Translations under genes and position numbers: made by a program
Part shown: in pieces, positions 18,433-27,352 of the stretch
How the letters are laid out: each line of letters starts with the position of its first letter
Numbering within the stretch: the stretch's first letter is position 1
Notes under the pieces: generated by a model
What the model was told of the DNA's origin: nothing
Databases searched by the model: none
The model's input: only the letters and a program-made list of their open reading frames with translations
IMG/VR virus record: IMGVR_UViG_3300048858_000013
Span: 1-48,932 of that record
From: a virus
Strand: one strand, 5' to 3'
Length of the DNA: 48,932 nucleotides

Positions 18433-18768
18433 ATGACTGTCCGACTCAATGACCCTCCGCTCAATGACACGGAGCAACTACTCGGTAGCGTCCTCAAGGT
18501 CTTGCTGGCCGAGTCCGACGCACGAGTCCTGTTCCTGTGCCCAGCGTCGCAGGGTGTAGCGATCGTGCAGCGACTCCGAGTTGCAATCTCTCGCAATCGC
18601 AACAAGCTGCTCTCGAAGGGTAGGCGTCCCCGACGGTTCCGACTCCGGGCCAGCTTCCATCCCGAGACGCATGATGGTGTGCGACACGAGGCATGTGTGC
18701 TTTGGTTGCAGATCAGCGATCAGAATCAGATGCTTCAAGATTTGGAAGGACTCATGGCCAATGGCTGA
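18433..18768 (+). CDS. Hypothetical protein, 111 aa
   Basis: GGAG lies 6 nt before the ATG at 18433; the track start at 18421 is TTG. Basic protein. Confidence 0.65.
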   Translation: MTVRLNDPPLNDTEQLLGSVLKVLLAESDARVLFLCPASQGVAIVQRLRVAISRNRNKLLSKGRRPRRFRLRASFHPETHDGVRHEACVLWLQISDQNQMLQDLEGLMANG

Positions 18769-19642
18769 CCTCAAGGCTATGTTTGCGAAAAAGGGCCCGC
18801 TCCCCGATAAGCCAGCCGATGCTGACGTCCGAATCGGCAACGCCATTTTAGGAATCAAGCCCGATGACTCGACTCCGACTGCAACTCCTGATGCCCCCGC
18901 GCAAGAGGTTCAGGCCGCTGCCAGTGATGCACCAGTGGCGACTCAAGCAGAGGCTCAAGCGGAACCTGCGCCGGCTGCGCCAGTCCGCAAGGGGCTTGGA
19001 TTCTTGGGGAAGGGCCAACCATCGGCTGCGAATGGTGGATCGGTTGCTCCGACTCAAGCTCCAGTTGATGCGCCAAAGAGCGTGGCGAACGCACCGACGA
19101 AACCAAAGCTGGCCGGTCTCGGACTCGGTAAGCCCGCTGCTAAGCCAGTTGAGAAGGTGGAAGCGCCAACGGCGGGAGAGGTAGCAGCAGGCGAGCCAGT
19201 CATCGACTTGCAATCGTTGATGGATGATGAGTCACCAGCTCCTGCTCGGGTAGCTCGTCCACTCCCGGCCGATCACGTGCCAGCAACTGCTCCGATTCGT
19301 CCGGTCCCTGAGGATGCGACGGCTCCGATGTTGCAGTTCGTCAAGCTGATCGACTCGGTGTACGAGATGCAGTTCGATCAGGACTTGCTCGGCAACGTCA
19401 TCAAGTCGATCATGGTCGAGCTTCAGACGAATCCAGCCTACATCAGTTCGGACTGGAAGAAGAGTCTGGTGCAGCCCGATGATATCCGCGTGTGGATTCG
19501 CAACATGCGTGAGGTCATGGGACTCAACAAGATCGTCAAGGCTGAGAAGAAGGCGAAGCGGGCCAGCGGCAAGGCGAAGAAGGTTGACTCGAACGAGATG
19601 CTCGACGACCTTGCAAGTCTGGGATTCACGCTGGAGGGTTGA
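18761..19642 (+). CDS. Hypothetical protein, 293 aa: A/P-rich linker region with GLGFLGKG and AGLGLGKP units, and a globular C-terminal domain
   Basis: The ATG at 18761 overlaps the previous stop by 8 nt (ATGGCTGA). The part of the track ORF upstream of it (18581-18760) overlaps the preceding gene and looks non-coding in this frame. Confidence 0.75.
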   Translation: MADLKAMFAKKGPLPDKPADADVRIGNAILGIKPDDSTPTATPDAPAQEVQAAASDAPVATQAEAQAEPAPAAPVRKGLGFLGKGQPSAANGGSVAPTQAPVDAPKSVANAPTKPKLAGLGLGKPAAKPVEKVEAPTAGEVAAGEPVIDLQSLMDDESPAPARVARPLPADHVPATAPIRPVPEDATAPMLQFVKLIDSVYEMQFDQDLLGNVIKSIMVELQTNPAYISSDWKKSLVQPDDIRVWIRNMREVMGLNKIVKAEKKAKRASGKAKKVDSNEMLDDLASLGFTLEG

Positions 19643-19645
19643 GTC

Positions 19646-19768
19646 ATGCAGCATCGGCCGATCGTAGGAACCAAGTTTTACCGGGGCATGTGCGTCGGCT
19701 GTGTGTGTGTGATTCCGATGTGGATCGTCATCATCTTGTTTGCATATTGGATTTGGAATCATGGGTGA
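19646..19768 (+). CDS. Small hydrophobic peptide, 40 aa (not in the supplied ORF track)
   Basis: My own translation gives MQHRPIVGTKFYRGMCVGCVCVIPMWIVIILFAYWIWNHG. It starts 3 nt after the previous stop, and its stop overlaps the ATG of the next gene (ATGGGTGA). Confidence 0.35.
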   Translation: MQHRPIVGTKFYRGMCVGCVCVIPMWIVIILFAYWIWNHG

Positions 19769-20708
19769 GAAAGCAAAGATTCGGGTGAGCTACAGTTCGC
19801 TGGCCACCTTCGAGTCATGCCCTCGCAAGTTCGAGTTCCAGAAAATCTATCCCAAGGTTGCTCGGAATCAGGACGACAACTACGCAGCGGACGTAGGCAA
19901 GGCACTCCACGCAGGATATCAGGAGTACCTGACCAGCAAGGATCGTGACTCGGCGACGTGGCAGTTCATGTTGCACTTCCCGTTTCAGGGTGAGTTCCAG
20001 CAGTCGAATGACTATCGCAACTTCGATGCGAGTCTGGCGACGTTGGACGAGATGATGGACTACATCCAGATGGATGAGTTCCGACTCGCGCAGATCAAGA
20101 AGCCGGATGGCACGGTGGCTCCAGCTATCGAAGTTCCGTTCGAGATTGAGTTCAAAGGAATCGAAGTTCTTCCCTGCGAACGCTACCCATTCGGTGCCAC
20201 GTTCAGCGTGATCGGCTACATCGACGCCATCATGCAGAACCTGATGACGAATCACTTTCGCACAGTCGACGTGAAGACGAGTCGGATGAAGCTCAATGAC
20301 TCCACTGGCAAGTTCAAGTTTGATGGACAGCAGGTGCCTTACGGTATCGTCGTCGAGCATGTGAGCGGCCAGCCTGTTGAGTCGTTCGAGGTCATCTACT
20401 TTGATTGCTACATCGACTTGCTTGAACCCAAGGTAAACCTTTACAAGTTCCTCAAGACTGGACTCGACATTCAGGAATGGGGAATGAACAAGGTGATTCA
20501 GTTCCAGCAGATCGCACAGTTTATCGGTGCCGATTACTTCCCGCGAACTGACTCGGGTTGCATGTTCTACAACTCGCCTTGTCGATTCCTTGAGCCTTGC
20601 CAGTCCCGCGATTACAAGGGGCTGCTCGCATGGTTTGGAATGGACGGGCAGATTGTCGAGGATGACTTCGAGCCTTGGATCAAAGCGACTCTGAATGTAG
20701 GAGACTGA
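19761..20708 (+). CDS. PD-(D/E)XK nuclease, Cas4/RecB-like, with a four-Cys cluster
   Basis: N-terminal YSSLATFESCPRKFEF, core GYIDAI ... VDVKTS, and C-terminal CMFYNSPCRFLEPC. One N-terminal Cys plus three C-terminal Cys is the Cas4/AddB Fe-S pattern. I place the start at the ATG at 19761. Confidence 0.8.
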   Translation: MGEKAKIRVSYSSLATFESCPRKFEFQKIYPKVARNQDDNYAADVGKALHAGYQEYLTSKDRDSATWQFMLHFPFQGEFQQSNDYRNFDASLATLDEMMDYIQMDEFRLAQIKKPDGTVAPAIEVPFEIEFKGIEVLPCERYPFGATFSVIGYIDAIMQNLMTNHFRTVDVKTSRMKLNDSTGKFKFDGQQVPYGIVVEHVSGQPVESFEVIYFDCYIDLLEPKVNLYKFLKTGLDIQEWGMNKVIQFQQIAQFIGADYFPRTDSGCMFYNSPCRFLEPCQSRDYKGLLAWFGMDGQIVEDDFEPWIKATLNVGD

Positions 20709-20734
20709 CCTTGCCCAACCTTGCCGACTCGAAT

Positions 20735-20935
20735 ATGCGTAGCCAGTTCGTTAAGAAACTGGAAGCGTGTGAGAAGTTCCGGAATCATCTCGATGATTGG
20801 GAGCAGAAGTTTGCCGACGATATGCGCGAGAAGTTCGATGGTCGTGACGACGACGTTGACTTGGGCGTGTCGCCTTGGAACCCTAGTGCGAATCAGTGGA
20901 ACACGCTGAGCGAGATCGCGAGGAAAGTGTCATGA
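20735..20935 (+). CDS. Hypothetical protein, 66 aa
   Basis: ATG at 20735. The track ORF starts at 20675, inside the previous gene. Acidic helical protein. Confidence 0.55.
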   Translation: MRSQFVKKLEACEKFRNHLDDWEQKFADDMREKFDGRDDDVDLGVSPWNPSANQWNTLSEIARKVS

Positions 20936-21093
20936 TGCAGCGAATCAAATGTTTCTTCGGCGCTCACGGCTACGGTGAGTATATCGGAGTCGGCATGAGC
21001 TTCCGCCACTACGGCAAGCAGGTCAAGTTCCGCAAGTGCCATCACTGCGATGAAGTCTACGAGGATTCACATGCCCCCGTTCGATCCCACTAA
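20932..21093 (+). CDS. Hypothetical protein, 53 aa, Cys/His-containing
   Basis: The ATG overlaps the previous stop (ATGA), with GAGGAAAG upstream. Confidence 0.5.
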   Translation: MMQRIKCFFGAHGYGEYIGVGMSFRHYGKQVKFRKCHHCDEVYEDSHAPVRSH

Positions 21094-21457
21094 GCGCCAC
21101 AAGATCACGCTGACTCCGCCGATCTTCCCTGACCATACCCAGCCCAAGGGTCATCTGTCTTCGGACATGCGGAGTCAGGCGTGCTGGTACTTCTACCTCA
21201 TGGCGCAGAAGCAGCTTGAGCGGGTCGGCGGAATCATGGATGAGAAGGAGACGCAGTTCGGTCTGCTCGATATCTACCCGTGGCAGAAGACTCACTATCA
21301 GCAACTGGCCAAGACGGTAGCGTTTCTCTACCAGCTTGAGTCACCATCGGAGTTTGCAAAGGCATGGTCGGAAGTCGAAAGGGAAGCGGCCGCAAGCGGA
21401 CTCCCAGCTCCGAGAGAGGAATACAAGCGCGTCGCTCCAATGATCCTCCTGAGCTGA
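21071..21457 (+). CDS. Hypothetical protein, 128 aa
   Basis: GAGGA lies 5 nt before the ATG at 21071. It overlaps the previous ORF by 23 nt. Confidence 0.65.
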   Translation: MPPFDPTKRHKITLTPPIFPDHTQPKGHLSSDMRSQACWYFYLMAQKQLERVGGIMDEKETQFGLLDIYPWQKTHYQQLAKTVAFLYQLESPSEFAKAWSEVEREAAASGLPAPREEYKRVAPMILLS

Positions 21458-21604
21458 TTCACGTATCGTATAAGCGGCGGTACAAAGTTCAGCCGTGGAT
21501 CGTAGCGCATGATCGACTCTACGTGTTAGCAAAAGCTACGCTGTATCGAGGTCATCCGATCTATTTCAAAGTCAACGCAACCTACCGACTCAAGGAACTA
21601 CCTG

Positions 21605-22615
21605 ATGCCACGTATGGACCAAGCCCCGCCAGCCAAGAAGCTCGTCAAGCTGATGATTATCGGCGACGGCAAGATCGGTAAGACTCACTACGCAGGTGAG
21701 GCAGCGCGGGCTGGATTCAACGTGCTCTACCTGAATGGTGACGTTGCGACTCAGACTCTGGCCACGCTGGACAAAGAGATTCAAAAGCGTATCTACCTGA
21801 TGGAGATGGGCGATATCATCAATGGTGGTATGCGCGATCCCAAGTTCATCCGAATCATGAAGGAGTTCACTTCGCAGATCACGCTGCGGTGGAACGACCG
21901 GACTCAGGAGCCTGCCAAGCGCAGCGATAAGTCGGATGAGGTTTGGGAGATCAAGCCGGGCAAGCTGGACGAGAACGTCGTACTTGTGATCGACAGCTGG
22001 ACCTCGCTGGTTGAGTCGATGGCACAGGAAGCAGCGATCGCCAATGGGCTCGATCTTGCTACTGCCTCGACGAGTCAGATGCGTAACGTCTACCAGTCCA
22101 CCGGCGCACGCGGCACAGCCATCCTCCAGATCATTCGGTCGATCGCCTGCCATGTGATTCTGATCTGCCACCCCGACGAGTACCAGCACAAGACTGCTCC
22201 CGAGGGCAAGCGGATTCAGGATATCAAAGAGACGGAGATGATCGTCGATTGGACCAAAATGATTCCGAAGTCATCCTCACGTCCGCATGGTATGCTTATG
22301 TCCAAGTACCTGACCGACGTGGCATGGATGGAGATTAGTCCGAGCGGGAAGGAACGCCGACTCAACTTCACGCTGCGGCAGGACAGGATTTCTGGCGGGC
22401 ACTTCGATGGAGTCAAATCTGTCGAGGAATACTCATTCGCTAATCTCGTCAAGCAGATTGGCGGTTCGATTCCAGACGGCAACCAAGACATTGAGCATTG
22501 GCTGAAGATCATTCCAGCGGGCGAGATGGTGGAAGCCGCTCCACAGATTCTTGATGGGACTCAGACGACCGAGGTTAAAGCACCCGGTCTATCGGGACTC
22601 TTCAAGGGAGGCTGA
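21605..22615 (+). CDS. AAA_24 / Sak4-like RecA-fold ATPase
   Basis: Walker A is IIGDGKIGKTH and Walker B is VLVIDSWTSL, with AAGGAA upstream. It is followed by a DUF669-like gene, as in many phage replication/recombination modules. Confidence 0.75.
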   Translation: MPRMDQAPPAKKLVKLMIIGDGKIGKTHYAGEAARAGFNVLYLNGDVATQTLATLDKEIQKRIYLMEMGDIINGGMRDPKFIRIMKEFTSQITLRWNDRTQEPAKRSDKSDEVWEIKPGKLDENVVLVIDSWTSLVESMAQEAAIANGLDLATASTSQMRNVYQSTGARGTAILQIIRSIACHVILICHPDEYQHKTAPEGKRIQDIKETEMIVDWTKMIPKSSSRPHGMLMSKYLTDVAWMEISPSGKERRLNFTLRQDRISGGHFDGVKSVEEYSFANLVKQIGGSIPDGNQDIEHWLKIIPAGEMVEAAPQILDGTQTTEVKAPGLSGLFKGG

Positions 22616-22664
22616 CTCGGTGCCATAACCGAGCCCAACTGTAACCTAACTGAAAGACTACAAC

Positions 22665-23159
22665 ATGACTGTTGATACCAACGATCTCGACTCGGGTTTC
22701 TCGCTTGCCGATCTGGCCAACATCGACGTCAGCGATATCGAAGAGGTACGCTTTCTCGATCTGCCGGCTGGAATCTACGACTGGATCGTGGCCGCGACCG
22801 AACTGACTGAGGACACCAAGGACGGCGAGCGTCGTTTCAAGGTCGAGTTCCGACTCAAGATCCTCGAAGTCAAGTCGATTCTCGAGCCCGGCAAGAACGC
22901 CGACGACTACGTGAACAAGGAACACACCGAGCGGTTCTTCATCTACCCCGGTAAGTCGGAAGAAGACGTGAAGAAGGCGATCGGCCGAGTCCGCGCATTC
23001 ATCACCGATATCGGCCAGGATTCCAGCGGCAAGCTCGGCGCCATCGTCGAGAACGCGAAGGATCACACCTTCACCGGCAAGATCACCAAGCAGAAGAACA
23101 AGGACGATCCGAGCCACCCCGGCTACGCTCGTCTGCGACTCGAGCAGGGCAAGAACTAA
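22665..23159 (+). CDS. DUF669-like protein, putative ssDNA-binding protein
   Basis: 164 aa with an N-terminal acidic stretch followed by LPAGIYDWIVAATELTEDTKDGERRFKVEF. This pattern and the position after the AAA_24 ATPase resemble DUF669. From memory, not searched. Confidence 0.5.
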   Translation: MTVDTNDLDSGFSLADLANIDVSDIEEVRFLDLPAGIYDWIVAATELTEDTKDGERRFKVEFRLKILEVKSILEPGKNADDYVNKEHTERFFIYPGKSEEDVKKAIGRVRAFITDIGQDSSGKLGAIVENAKDHTFTGKITKQKNKDDPSHPGYARLRLEQGKN

Positions 23160-23173
23160 TCTAGCCTGATCGT

Positions 23174-23211
23174 GGCGGGAGGGAACAGCAAAGACGGCGC
23201 CCCCTCCCGCC
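23174..23211 (+). terminator. Stem-loop, putative intrinsic terminator
   Basis: GGCGGGAGGG (23174-23183) pairs perfectly with CCCTCCCGCC (23202-23211) around an 18-nt loop. It is followed by CTTTCGTT, a weak U tract. Confidence 0.55.
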
Positions 23212-23337
23212 CTTTCGTTGAGTCATGCTGGTAATTGGCAGCTTCATTTTTGCGTGATGATGAAATCTCCGGAGTCTTAGCCACCTAGCTCCGGTGCTGA
23301 CAGGTCTATGCAGCATGACTCAACTAAGGAGAATCAG

Positions 23338-23679
23338 ATGGGTGACTTCACCATCGGTCGAGATACCCCGATTGAGGGGACTCACTTGACAGAGCTTGAG
23401 TTGCAGGAGTATTGGTATCAGCATTGCGAGTCATTGGCAGCAGCCGGGCTCGGTCCTGTGTCGAACCATCGTGCTCATAAGCGACTCTTCCCACGTAGCC
23501 GACGCGACCTGATCGACTACTATACGAAGCATGACTTGGAGTCAAAACATGGACACGAGACAGAAGATACGGTTTTTTCAGCTGGCGAATCAGCGGCCGG
23601 TGAACAGCGAGTTCCAGATGGAGTTGCCAGCAGACGTCCGCGTACTCCTGGGTTCCTTGCTCCTCGAAGAGGCGGTTGA
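23338..23679 (+). CDS. Hypothetical protein; 5' part well supported, 3' end uncertain
   Basis: A strong AAGGAG lies 7 nt before the ATG at 23338. The last ~44 codons (R/G/P-rich) overlap the next gene by 131 nt in another frame, so the real C-terminus is unresolved. Confidence 0.45.
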   Translation: MGDFTIGRDTPIEGTHLTELELQEYWYQHCESLAAAGLGPVSNHRAHKRLFPRSRRDLIDYYTKHDLESKHGHETEDTVFSAGESAAGEQRVPDGVASRRPRTPGFLAPRRGG

Positions 23680-24421
23680 GTACGCCGTAAAGGGACTCGG
23701 ACTCCGCGTGGCGATCGACTTTATCCCCGGCATGGATAAGTCGGCTCAGTATTTCAAGGTGGAAGCGACGGATCATCCGTTGAATCCTAAGGAAATCTGT
23801 GATGGACTCGCCGACGTCGATGTGGTCAATCACTTCTGCGCTCACTGGCACGGGTTCAATCTGAACTATGCCACGCATGTCGCGAACGAGTCGAACATGA
23901 CCAAGCTCGATGACAACGGCGAGCCGATCATCAACGGCGTGACTCCAGGCTACTTGCAGGGTGAGCCCGGCTATGATCCCGAGAAGCCGATCGGCAAGAT
24001 TCTGAAGTCGAATAACTTCCGCGAGCCAGACTTCGATGCCGTCATCGCATTCGGGAATCCGCCTTACGATCCATGGGATGATGTAGGTGTGAGCCTGACT
24101 CCGCTCCATGACTATGCCGAGAAGGTTGCGGCGGGTGATGGCGATTACAAGCTCGACTCCGAACCGCTGATTGACTACTCGAAAATCCCTAGCGGATCGC
24201 TCGGCGTGTTGGTCGAGCAAGCCGAGAACGCTGGCATCCATCTGGACTCGTCAGAGATTCGACCGGCTGCGTTGTTGGAGCATTGCTCGTTCCACCCGGA
24301 TCAGACGGTTGACAACTGCGAGGGCGGTTACGGGCTGGCCGGTGGTGGAGTCGGAAGCTACTTCACCTGCGGCAAGTGCGGTAACATCTTCGGCAAAACC
24401 CCAGACTCAGAGGAAGAATAA
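23549..24421 (+). CDS. MazG-like all-alpha NTP pyrophosphohydrolase fused to a C-terminal zinc-ribbon region
   Basis: LLLEEAVEY ... EICDGLADVDVV (ExxE ... DxxD metal-binding pattern) and NESNMTKL ... GKILKS match MazG-like phage proteins. The C-terminus has CEGG ... CGKCG. GGAG lies 8 nt before the ATG at 23549; an alternative ATG is at 23531. Confidence 0.65.
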   Translation: MDTRQKIRFFQLANQRPVNSEFQMELPADVRVLLGSLLLEEAVEYAVKGLGLRVAIDFIPGMDKSAQYFKVEATDHPLNPKEICDGLADVDVVNHFCAHWHGFNLNYATHVANESNMTKLDDNGEPIINGVTPGYLQGEPGYDPEKPIGKILKSNNFREPDFDAVIAFGNPPYDPWDDVGVSLTPLHDYAEKVAAGDGDYKLDSEPLIDYSKIPSGSLGVLVEQAENAGIHLDSSEIRPAALLEHCSFHPDQTVDNCEGGYGLAGGGVGSYFTCGKCGNIFGKTPDSEEE

Positions 24422-27078
24422 TGGCAGGCCGCATTCTATACGTGACAGACAAGTTCGGAGTCTCGGACGGATATAAGCCGGCCTTCCAGAACCTACTCAA
24501 GAAGGCTGCGATTCCAAGCGGCGCAGTTCTGATGACGAACATCTACAATCTCGTCAAGAATCCGTTGAAGAAGTACGGGAACGAGACGACTTGGAAGTTC
24601 GATATCGACAAACTCGACGAGATTAAACGGGCGTTCGACGCTCGACTCAACGCCATCAAACCTGACCTCGTAGTTGTGTCGGATCAAGCCTGCCTTGGTG
24701 TCCTGACTAACGGCGATATCAAGGGCTCGACTCTGGAGAAGATGCGTGGTGGAGTCTACGAGTACAATGGTTATCGCATCATTGTCGTTTTGCCGATCAC
24801 GGCAATCCACCAGCGAGTCGACTCACGAATCATTGAGAACGAAGATGGCGACAAAGATACCCAGGAACCTTACCAGATCAAAGATGGTGCGCAGACTCTT
24901 AGTTGGGACTGGCAGCGAGTCGGTCGATACTATCATGGCCGGGAACGCAAGCTCCCACCATTTGTCTATAGTGTTTGTCGGACGCTCGATGATTTGTTCG
25001 CGGCTCGAAGGTTCCTCCTTGATTCCGTGGTCATTAGCCACGATATCGAAACCGGGAATTATCCTCCACAGATCACATGCGCAGGATATACTGGCGTACA
25101 TAGTGATGGGTCGGTTAGAACCTTCGTTATTCCACTGACAGATCCCTACTCCGAGTCGGGATGCTTCTGGTCCGAGGAAGATCATCTGGTTGCGTGGTCC
25201 CTGATTGTCGAAGTCAATGCCTGTGATGCAATCAAGACGATGCAGAACGGTGCGTATGATTCCAGTTATGGCATCCGCGATCGCGCCCCGTCCAAGAACT
25301 ACTTCCTCGACTCGCAGTATATGTGGTGGTCCATCTATATGGAATTGCCCAAGCGGCTCGACTTCATCACTTCGATCCTCTGTGACTCCTACCAGTATTG
25401 GAAGGACGATATCAAGGGGCAGGAGAACGAGACTGGAATCGGCGACCTCGAAGGGTACTGGCGATACAACGCGCTCGACTGCTACTGGACGATGATGAAC
25501 ACGCTGTATCTCTTGCAGCTTCTGACTCTTCCGAAGAACCGGAAGATGCTGGAGAACTTCAAGGATGCAATGCTGCGAGTCTACTCGGGTCTGGCAATCT
25601 CGATGCGCGGAATCAAGGTGGACTTCGCGCGCCGGGACTATCACCGAATCATCCTCGAAGAAGAGATGGCAGAAGCGAATCAGTTCGTTCAGTCCATGCT
25701 TGACGAGCCAGACTTCAACGTGTCCTCGTCGGATCACAAGAAGGACTTGCTCTACAATCTGTTCGGACTCAGAGAACGGACGGCTCGCGGTAAGCTAGTC
25801 GATCAATCCAAACCCAAGAAGGGAGTCAATGCTCCGTCTGGCGGCAAGCTGCCGATGAAGATGGCCAAGACCGAGCATCCCCTCTTCCGTGCAATCATCG
25901 AAACGATTGAGTCAGCCCTTGAGCCACGAGTCCAGCTCTCGAATCTCTTTGGTTATACCGACCCGAGTCGACCTTACGGTGTGCGCGGCGGCCTATTCCT
26001 TCCAACAGGACGCTTCCGAACCGCGCTGGGTGCAACGGGTACGGAGACTACTCGATTCAGCTCCAAGAAATCCAACTTCTGGGATGGAGGAAATGGCCAG
26101 AATATTCGAGGAAAGTACAAGGACTGGCTAGTTCCTGAGTCGCCAGACCACATCTTCATTGACTTCGACTTCAGCCAATCGGATGACGTGTTCATCGGCT
26201 ACGAGTCTCAGGATCAAAACAAGATCGACGTGATTGAGTCTGGTCGAGACGGTCACGCGGTACACGGTGAGTTGTTCTATGGCATCCCTTATGACTCGAT
26301 CGTCGCGGGTAAAAAGGCGGGAGAGGATTGGGTCATCCATCCGATCAAAGGAGTCCGTCAGAATGCTAAGCGCGTTGTCCATGGCACCAACTTCCAAATG
26401 GCGGGCTTCACTCTCTACGTTACAATGGGTCGTGAGGCCGTCGTTTCGATCGCTGAACTGCTTGGGAATCCAGATGCGGGTAGCTGGTCGGAGGAGCGAC
26501 TCGTTAATCTTTGCGCAGAACTCATGGCGAAGTATCGCAAGAAGTACCCGCGACTCACGAAGCGCGGCTGGTATCAAGAGATCGCCGATATGCTCATGCG
26601 TGACGGAGCTATCACCAACTGCTTCGGAATCACCCGGCAGTTCCTCGGAAATCCCAAGGATAACGGAACCCAACGTGAGGCCACTGCGTTTATCGGTCAG
26701 TCTGCCACCGCGGGCAACATGAACCGAGTCATGTACGAGGTTGACCACGGCTACATGCCTCAGGTTTTCCGAGACGGGCCGAATCCAGATCGGTACGAGC
26801 AGCCGCTCAAGATGAATCATGAGTCGCATGGTTTCTCGATCATGCTTCAGGTTCACGATAGCTTCCTGACTCAATACGACACCCGGCACCCTCGCTGGAA
26901 GGAGGCCGCACGTAACATGTTGCATGTTATGAATCGACCTGTCATCATTCATGGGCGCGAGGTTCGAATCAAGACTGAGGCCGAAGTCAGCCTTCGTTGG
27001 GGCAAGTCCTCAATCGAATGGAAGGGCAACAATCCTCACGATCTGGATGCGATCATCGGGCGACTCAAAGCAGCCTGA
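24421..27078 (+). CDS. Family A DNA polymerase with 3'-5' exonuclease domain and an N-terminal degenerate UDG-like domain
   Basis: Exo motifs are SHDIETGN, NGAYDSSY and YNALDCYW. Pol motif A is DFDFSQSDD, motif B is RQNAKRVVHGTNFQM and motif C is LQVHDS. The start overlaps the previous stop (TAATG). Confidence 0.93.
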   Translation: MAGRILYVTDKFGVSDGYKPAFQNLLKKAAIPSGAVLMTNIYNLVKNPLKKYGNETTWKFDIDKLDEIKRAFDARLNAIKPDLVVVSDQACLGVLTNGDIKGSTLEKMRGGVYEYNGYRIIVVLPITAIHQRVDSRIIENEDGDKDTQEPYQIKDGAQTLSWDWQRVGRYYHGRERKLPPFVYSVCRTLDDLFAARRFLLDSVVISHDIETGNYPPQITCAGYTGVHSDGSVRTFVIPLTDPYSESGCFWSEEDHLVAWSLIVEVNACDAIKTMQNGAYDSSYGIRDRAPSKNYFLDSQYMWWSIYMELPKRLDFITSILCDSYQYWKDDIKGQENETGIGDLEGYWRYNALDCYWTMMNTLYLLQLLTLPKNRKMLENFKDAMLRVYSGLAISMRGIKVDFARRDYHRIILEEEMAEANQFVQSMLDEPDFNVSSSDHKKDLLYNLFGLRERTARGKLVDQSKPKKGVNAPSGGKLPMKMAKTEHPLFRAIIETIESALEPRVQLSNLFGYTDPSRPYGVRGGLFLPTGRFRTALGATGTETTRFSSKKSNFWDGGNGQNIRGKYKDWLVPESPDHIFIDFDFSQSDDVFIGYESQDQNKIDVIESGRDGHAVHGELFYGIPYDSIVAGKKAGEDWVIHPIKGVRQNAKRVVHGTNFQMAGFTLYVTMGREAVVSIAELLGNPDAGSWSEERLVNLCAELMAKYRKKYPRLTKRGWYQEIADMLMRDGAITNCFGITRQFLGNPKDNGTQREATAFIGQSATAGNMNRVMYEVDHGYMPQVFRDGPNPDRYEQPLKMNHESHGFSIMLQVHDSFLTQYDTRHPRWKEAARNMLHVMNRPVIIHGREVRIKTEAEVSLRWGKSSIEWKGNNPHDLDAIIGRLKAA

Positions 27079-27094
27079 ACCAAGGAGATTTTCT

Positions 27095-27331
27095 ATGTCT
27101 GCTCTTTCTGGAATCCAGCCCGTCAATGACTATGCCGCAGCCGGCACCCCCGCAGCCAAGATCGACCTGCTCATTGCTCTCATCCCGAATCCGGATGGTG
27201 GTCAGGGCGGCACCGGCGTTCGTCCGGGCGGTCAGGCGGGCCAGAAGGGTGCGTTCCTCGACGAGATGAGTCCGGCTGCCTGCGCGCAGATCCTCGTCGA
27301 GTTGACCGCGCTCAAGGCGACGCTCGCGTAA
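27095..27331 (+). CDS. Hypothetical protein, 78 aa
   Basis: AAGGAG at 27082-27087 precedes the ATG at 27095. The part of the track ORF upstream of this lies inside the polymerase gene. Confidence 0.65.
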   Translation: MSALSGIQPVNDYAAAGTPAAKIDLLIALIPNPDGGQGGTGVRPGGQAGQKGAFLDEMSPAACAQILVELTALKATLA

Positions 27332-27352
27332 TCCCTCGGGTCGCGCCAGGGT

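Noticed and set aside
24056-24067. An NPPY tetrapeptide (context FDAVIAFGNPPYD) in the MazG-like protein. It resembles motif IV of N6-adenine DNA methyltransferases and would have explained the GANTC signal.
   Set aside because: No AdoMet-binding motif I (FxGxG/DPxxGSG) lies on either side. The preceding sequence (GKILKSNNFREPDFDAVI) matches the normal C-terminal end of MazG-like pyrophosphatases. I also found no DPPY/NPPY plus FxGxG pair in any other ORF.
26961-26970. GGTTCGAATC, the canonical tRNA T-arm/T-loop word.
   Set aside because: It lies inside the polymerase reading frame (HGREVRIKTE). The flanking bases cannot form a T-stem (cgagg vs caaga), and no acceptor or anticodon arms can be drawn. 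It is not a tRNA.
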